Below are positions 57,321 to 64,000 of a stretch of DNA of 64,000 nt, one piece after another. The notes under the pieces are model-generated. The model ran no database searches and was not told the DNA's origin. It was given only the letters and a program-made list of their open reading frames with translations. Made by a program: the position numbers and the translations under genes. This stretch comes from Dendrobates tinctorius (taxonomy: Eukaryota). Positions within the stretch are counted from its first letter, which is position 1. Every line of letters begins with the position of its first letter. The stretch spans positions 2,170,001 through 2,234,000 of the forward strand of contig NW_027361819.1 in assembly GCF_039654945.1 (NCBI RefSeq), in the 5' to 3' direction.

Positions 57321-59619
57321 AAACACAAAGCCTCCGTAATAGTGCCAGGTACGTATTTGTTACAAGGTGCTTGCTTTAGATCCCCTAATGACACCTTGCC
57401 ATGGACCACCATAATAGAAACGTTCTCCTGTAACCTCTGGTCCTACTGAAGTCGTCTAACCAGTCATCCCACTTCCAGGCGTCATGTGCTGTACCAAGTC
57501 CAGTCCCTCTGAATCCAGGAGACACGTGATGCGAGGTATCTCATCCTAGCTGTATGTTTATACCCATCCACTCCGACGCTACCCACGTATTTGTCCCTTA
57601 TATCAAGTGTGAACAAGATGGCAGATGGTCAACCGTGTGAAGTTTTGATACATCGCCCTCGTTGGGGGGGTTGTGAGTTGTGTTTTTGGTAAGACACTGG
57701 ATTTCCCCCAATTATTCAGTGACTCAAAACAAATGGTCTGAGCTCCACCGGCGGCAGGGATCTTCCAAGTTCTCATCGTATCCTTCCTTTTAAGGAAAAG
57801 CAGGTCGATGAGGAACATGATAATGAAGGTGTAAGCCCAGAAGGGTTCCTTGTCCCATTAATAGTGGGGCTTTTACAACCATCCACGTCTTTTTTAACCC
57901 ATCAACATGAGACAAGAAAATTTCCAAACGCGGAATTTTTTTTTATTTAAGTTAACAAAACTAAAACAAGAACTTAATAGATAAAAGAGCACGGCGGACG
58001 CGAAATGTAACAGACACATTATTTACCATAAATTAATCTCATAACATTTCTGAAAAAGAAATACAAAGTTCTCTCGAACCACATGATGAGCGCTGAGTTT
58101 TTGAGTTTTCGAAAAAAAAAAAAGCTTGGATGTTTGGTCGGTGGCTTTCCTAACAACGAAAAGCACTTCCACAAAGTCAGACTGTGACTAAACAGAATTG
58201 CCTAATGGTGTGATTAACCACTTCGAAGTCAGACCAGTCTAGGAGATGATTTGGCCACCCACGTGGGACAAAGCTGGGAAAGAGGGTGGACCAGACTGAG
58301 TGTCTTACATGACATCGATAAGGAACGAGGTCATATGAAGGACTCGTGTCAATGCATCGGTGATGGTTATCTACATCATCGGAGAAGTGTGTGCAGATAT
58401 GGAACATGTTGATGAAGAGTTGGCCCACTGGGTCATGTAGATGAAGAGGGTTGTAGACTATGACATGAGGAAGTGTTGACCTACTGAGACATAACTGTGA
58501 AGGACGCTGTAATATAGGAATTGATGCAAAAGTTGACGTAGAACTTGATGTGTAGAACTGATGAAGGGTCAACCTTAAAAATGGCCTGGCCTGATCTGAT
58601 TGTTTATGTGAGCCTAAAAAAAAGTTGATGAGGTGGTCTTGAAGTTTCTGACATGTTGGAAAGTGGGACATGTTACATGTTGAGTCGATTGGAAGGATGA
58701 TCAGAGTTGTAGATTAGGAAATGGTGGAGTAGAGCATAGGGTTTATCTCAGTAGGAAATGTTATCTACAAGGAATGGTGGACAAGAGCATGATTGTCCCA
58801 GGAGCGTCGGTAGCACTCTGTGGTGGTAGGTGGTGGCCATACTCCTTAGGAGGTTAAAGGTTAAACGGCCATTCAAAGCTCCATAAATGGAGAGAAGATC
58901 TCTCTAGAAATATTCTGCCACAGAAAAATGTCTTGTGATCTACCAGTCGGGGTGGCGGGCACCTTCTTTCCTATCAGTCAGATCAGATGATCGTTCGATG
59001 TTATATTTCACCCAGTGATTGATATTTTTGGTTGAAGTCGGCCATTTTTCCATCAATTTTAAAGTAATGTGTATTGGTAGCTTAACAGTCTACGTGGTGA
59101 TTCCTTGGAGATAAGGTGTTGATGAGTCTGATGGACGTGGATTGGTAAGGTGGGCATGTTGGGTAGCCTGTAGTATAGAGGCACACATTGTGGGTACATT
59201 GATAAAATAAGAAGTTTCTCCATAAAAAAATATATAAAATATATCTTAAATATAAAGTGTAAAAATATATAAAATATCCTATAAAAGTGATAAAATCTTC
59301 GCATTTCTAGGATTTTCGGCAGTGCAATAACCATTACAATGTGTTTCATTCGACGACAAGTAACATAGCGAGAAAACGCTTTGAACGCGACGACACTGCC
59401 CGTTACTCATCACAGAAGCATCCGGAACATTAGCGGCTTATTGTCCGAATGTCAGTGCAATATCCAAGGCAATAAATAATAATAAATAATCACATATAAT
59501 AACATCATAAATAATGTCAGAGCAGATAACGGAGGAGGCGGAAGACAAGGAGGGAGATCATCAGCTGGGAAACTGGCAAATTAGGTCCCCGATACTAGAA
59601 AATGGTCCATGAAGTATAA

Positions 59620-60222
59620 GACAATGACACTGACACTCTGGGTACAGGATAATGACGCTGACACTCGGGGGACCGGATAATGACGCTGACACTCGGGGTA
59701 CAGGATAATGACGCTGACACTCGGGGTACAGGATAATGACGCTGACACTCGGGGGACCGGATAATGACGCTGACACTCGGGGTACAGGATAATGACACTG
59801 ACACTCGGGGTACAGGATAATGACACTGACACTCGGGGTACAGGATAATGACACCGACACTGGGGGTACAGGATAATGACGCTGACACTCAGGGTACAGG
59901 ATAATGACGCTGACACTCGGGGGACCGGATAATGACGCTGACACTCGGGGTACAGGATAATGACGCTGACACACGGGGTATAGGATAATGACGCTGACAC
60001 TCGGGGTACAGGATAATGACACTGACACTCGGGGTACAGGATAATGACACTGACACTCGGGGTACAGGATAATGACGCTCACACTCGGGGGACAGGATAA
60101 TGACGCTGACACTCGGGGGACAGGATAATGACGCTGACACTCGGGGTACATGATAATGGCACGGACGCTCGGGGTACAGGATAATGATACTGACACTCGG
60201 GGTACAGGATAATGACACTGAT
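59620..60222. repeat. 28-bp minisatellite downstream of the IL27 stop codon
   Basis: Unit TGACACTCGGGGTACAGGATAATGACGC. Confidence 0.94.
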
Positions 60223-60420
60223 ACTTGCGGTTATCAATGTGTCATTGTCCTGAGTTTTTTGCGCTTTTTCCCAGCTGAGTGTCCCGTCTCACCTTCCTCA
60301 GCTTACAGTATGAGGGGGTAATAGTGTATCAGTCATCAGTAATATCCATAGAATAGGGAGGATGAAGGAATCCACATGAGTAACAACCCACTTCCCCCAC
60401 ACTCCAACTTATCGCCACTT

Positions 60421-62744
60421 TCAACCATAGAAACGCTGCAGTATGGTGTACTCCCTCACCGCCCGAAGTAGGGTTTGTTCCATGGTACGAAGAACTTGGT
60501 ACATTTTCACACGGGTACACCAGTCATTGGCATCACCCCATAGACTCTCCAGGGGCGAAGCTTTGGTGTGATTGAGTCCAAGTGACGACATCTATAAAAG
60601 ATGAAACATTATTGAACATTTCCTTTATTCAGGAGATAGAATAATCTCCAACCTCCAGGATATCACCCATCCGGTCATAACCCTTGAATGGAGGTAAATC
60701 TAGTGACCAATAATGATGAGATTGGTCTATTTTTTTTTGTAGCCATTTCTATGCTTGTGATTGCTCACTGACCTGTCTATGAATGTGATGCAGAAGATCT
60801 CGGAGGTCAAGACGTACACAGGAGATGCTTCTTTTGAGCGGCGGTGAGCCCCCCTTGGTCTCCTCCTTCCCCCACTTCTCTAGCTCCTTCAAATACACGG
60901 GATAGACCTGGAGAGCATCACTGAGGAACCTGAGACGGTCACTCGGCTAAAGAAAGTAGAAGACGTTATAGGTGTTGCTAAGGTATTAAGGGTCAAGAAA
61001 AGAATGGAATGGTCAGAGAACAGCCAAGACTCACCTTTAACTTCAGCCATAAAGTAATGTTGACAGCAACTGAGGTGAGGTTCATTGAGGTTCCTGTGAA
61101 GTCCAGGTGGGACCCAGGCAATTTCCACACACGCTAAAGACAAACAGAACATTGTTCTAAGTGTTCATGAAGAAATTAAAATAGTAAAAACATTGAGGAG
61201 AACATCAACACTCGAGCTCGGAGAAAATCTTTGGATGAACTGATGAATGGAGGAGAAGATAAAATGAACATCTTCAAAAAGAAGGCGCATTTTTTTTCAA
61301 GCTTCCATATAAGAAGGTGGCTTCAGGTCAGAGAAATAAGTCAGAAGAGTTAAGATTTTAGACAGACCCCAAGTAAAATGTCCTACAAAGGTAATGAAGG
61401 TCCATGATTAAGGTTCTTTAGTGTTCCCTTTATTTACCAATGGTGACTCTTTACCCTGAATTAACCCCAACATCTCTCGAAATCTACAGCAGCTTACTAG
61501 TTTTGGTGGTGTTCGGTAGAGGCATTGCTTTAGGACCCATGTGACTAATTTTACACATGTGGACAAAACATTAAGGGGCTGCCCAAAGTGGACAATCCCT
61601 TGTATAAAAACATTATGTTGCATCAAGGGATAAACTTGTGACTTGTAGAATAGAATTACGGGAAAATCATTCCAGATTTTGGGGAAGTTAAAAATCAAGC
61701 CTCATAATACAATAAGTACTACAAGAGGGAGGCAAAAAAATCCTTAAGTCGACACCAAAATAATGTACCGAAACTCTGAGCAGTCACCGATACAAGATTA
61801 CAGGTGATATTTAGTCACTTACATACTGATGGGTCAACAGTCTGCTCTCTCGTAAGAGCTTCCTGGATAGTTTTAACGTCTTCCCAAATTCATGGCTGAG
61901 GTTGACGCTCTGCGGTGGAGTGCTGGTACTTATAGGAGCCCCTTCAGCTATCCACCCCATGACCATGCCGGAGAAAACTATGGACAACCAGAATCCACCT
62001 GTATAAATAAAGCAATTAATTTGTGATAGGACACAACAATCTCCTAGCATGTACAGGAGACCCTCCTGACCTCCCTTCCTTGAGTTGATTTACCAAGATT
62101 ATTCCAAGTTTGTTGTCTTAGAAGAAAAATTTGTCTTCACGTCTCTCTCTGTTTCATGTCTATGTCTACTCCCAGTTATCTCTGTCTCATCGACAGTCAC
62201 AACTGCCTACTTTCTCGATCGGCGTCTCTCCTCTTTGCCTTTTCCACTCCCTTCCCTTCCTCTACGTTGTCTCATCTTCCTTCCATAATCATCTACGGGC
62301 AGTTTTTTTAGAAGTTGCAAATTTCCTTCCTTTTGAGCAAGAGATTATCAAGTCAAACTCGGATTGTCTAAAGACGCTTGTCTGCAACCTCTCATCTTAT
62401 TAATTCTTTGTGGTTTCTTTTCTGGATATTGTACATCCTAATTTGAAAAAAAAAAAAAAATAATATATAAAATGAAAGTCAAGGATTTTTGACATTTTCC
62501 AAGACTTGGACTTGCGAAAGTTGATTCTTATCCTCATGCAAGTGCTTCGTTGCCACCAAAGAAGAATAAAACTACCCCTCCTCACAATCTACGGTGCAGA
62601 TAAATAACAACGGTCAGTGATCGCCAGGACATTTTTGATGGACGCTACCTATTTTGTGTAGGCCAGATAGTCTCTTGTACTGTAGAGTGCCCATATATCT
62701 TCACAGAGTCCTAGAAGCCTCCTACCTGCAATGATGGTGCTCAT
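60421..62744 (-). CDS. IL27: Interleukin-27 subunit alpha (p28/IL-30), 5 exons, about 212 aa
   Basis: Exons: 62726-62744 (MSTIIA), 61823-61998 (signal peptide plus helix A, EFGKTLKLSRKLLRE), 61035-61133 (LPGSHL...LWLKLK), 60773-60946 (DRLRFLS...RLDLRDLLHHI, cf. human RLDLRDLQRHL), 60421-60591 (YQVLRTMEQTLLRAVREY, cf. human YRLLHSLELVLSRAVREL). Sum 639 nt, phases 1,0,0,0. Syntenic with APOBR. Confidence 0.9.
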
Positions 62745-62811
62745 CGTGAGTGTAGACCTTGTCCGAGGATCTACTCCTTGTGTGTCTGAGCTCTGAAGCC
62801 TCCATCTGGGA

Positions 62812-62903
62812 TTTTATACCCTGAAGACTTTCGTTTTCTGATCCCTTAAGAGAAACTTTGCGTCGTCTGTTCTCATTATTTGGGGTCTAGTATGGGGATT
62901 CCC
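62812..62903 (-). promoter_or_regulatory. IL27: IL27 proximal promoter: TATA box, ISRE, NF-kB site
   Basis: TATAAAA at 62818-62812, ISRE GAAAACGAAAGT at 62838-62827, and kB site GGGGATTCCC at 62894-62903, all just upstream of exon 1. Confidence 0.72.
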
Positions 62904-63339
62904 TCGTTCACATTTCTCACAATTTTGGGTTTCCTCCGTAGATTAGGTCAGCTCAAAATATACTGACACCAAATTGAGGAACTTTCAAAATAGAGGCAGA
63001 ACTTCATAGCATTGCAGTTCCGCCACGATTGCGTTGCCTGTGTATTTCTGTATTTGATAAGGACTGATCAGCGTGGTCCACCAGGAAGCCAATATCCTCA
63101 GCCCCATATGATGGAGACCGGTTCGACTACGTTAATTGCGGAGAAATAGTATTACAACTTTAAAGAAGATATCAAATGGTAGAAATCAGGGACAAATTAC
63201 TAACGGCCTCCGTGCAGAAACATTATGTGGTTCCCTTCTACAAGCGCAGTGAAAGGGTTAATAGGAAGATCCTTGGTGGGCTAGGGCAGTGTAAAAGTTA
63301 ATAAGGACCTCCCTGGTGGTCTAGGTCGGTGAAAGTGGT

Positions 63340-64000
63340 AAAAAAAAACATTTATGGTGGTCTAGGGCAATAAAAACATTAAAAGAAACATACCTGGTGG
63401 TCAAGGGCAGCAAAAACAGTAAAAGAAACATACCTGGTGGTCAAGGGCAGCAAAAACAATAAAAGAAACATACCTGGTGGTCAAGGGCAGCAAAAACAAT
63501 AAAAGAAACATACCTGGTGGTCAAGGGCAGCAAAAACAATAAAAGAAACATACCTGGTGGTCAAGGGCAGCAAAAACAATAAAAGAAACATACCTGGTGG
63601 TCAAGGGCAGCAAAAACAATAAAAGAAACATACCTGGTGGTCAAGGGCAGCAAAAACAATAAAAGAATCATACCTGGTGGTCTAGGGCAGCAAAAACAAT
63701 AAAAGAAACATACCTGGTGGTTTAGGGCAGCAAAAACAATAAAAGAAACATACCTGGTGGTCTAGGGCAGTAAAAACAATAAAAGAAACATACCTGGGGG
63801 TCTAGGGAAGCAAAAACAATAAAAGAAACATACCTGGTGGTCTAGGGCAGCAAAAACAATAAAAGAAACATACCTGGTGGTTTAGGGCAGCAAAAACAAT
63901 AAAAGAATCATACCTGGTGGTCTAGGGCAGCAAAAACAATAAAAGAAACATACCTGGTGGTTTAGGGCAGCAAAAACAATAAAAGAAACATACCTGGTGG
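63340..64000. repeat. 40-bp minisatellite upstream of IL27, truncated by the window
   Basis: Unit TCAAGGGCAGCAAAAACAATAAAAGAAACATACCTGGTGG. Confidence 0.95.

Noticed and set aside
58177-58671. 164-aa minus-strand ORF
   Set aside because: No recognisable homology or splice context; more likely IL27 3'UTR or intergenic sequence.
59561-60218. 211-aa and related Cys/Pro-rich ORFs
   Set aside because: Translations of the 28-bp minisatellite.

Overview
Vertebrate genomic DNA, most likely from a frog given the repeat types; the species cannot be determined from sequence alone. Five intron-containing protein genes were reconstructed exon by exon from GT-AG sites and reading-frame phase: PRODH2 (- strand, 3' part runs off the window start), EIF3C (-, about 921 aa), CLN3 (-, about 435 aa), APOBR (+, about 2169 aa, with a 5.87-kb exon) and IL27 p28 (-, about 212 aa, mostly missed by the ORF track). 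The EIF3C-CLN3-APOBR-IL27 order and orientations match human 16p11.2. Introns are filled with minisatellites and satellites (units of 18-86 bp), and most long ORFs in the track are artefacts of these. Several mobile elements sit inside the satellites: an apparently intact Tc1 (DD34E) transposon, a 5'-inverted near-full-length L2 LINE with a 2A-like peptide, a hAT MITE, a duplicated CR1-group LINE 3' fragment, and a Penelope-like insert starting with a minimal type I hammerhead ribozyme. Several satellite units carry regulatory-looking motifs (ZNF143/THAP11-type ACTACAAGTCCCAG, CTCF-like, a splice donor plus X-box). There is one assembly gap of 462 N.
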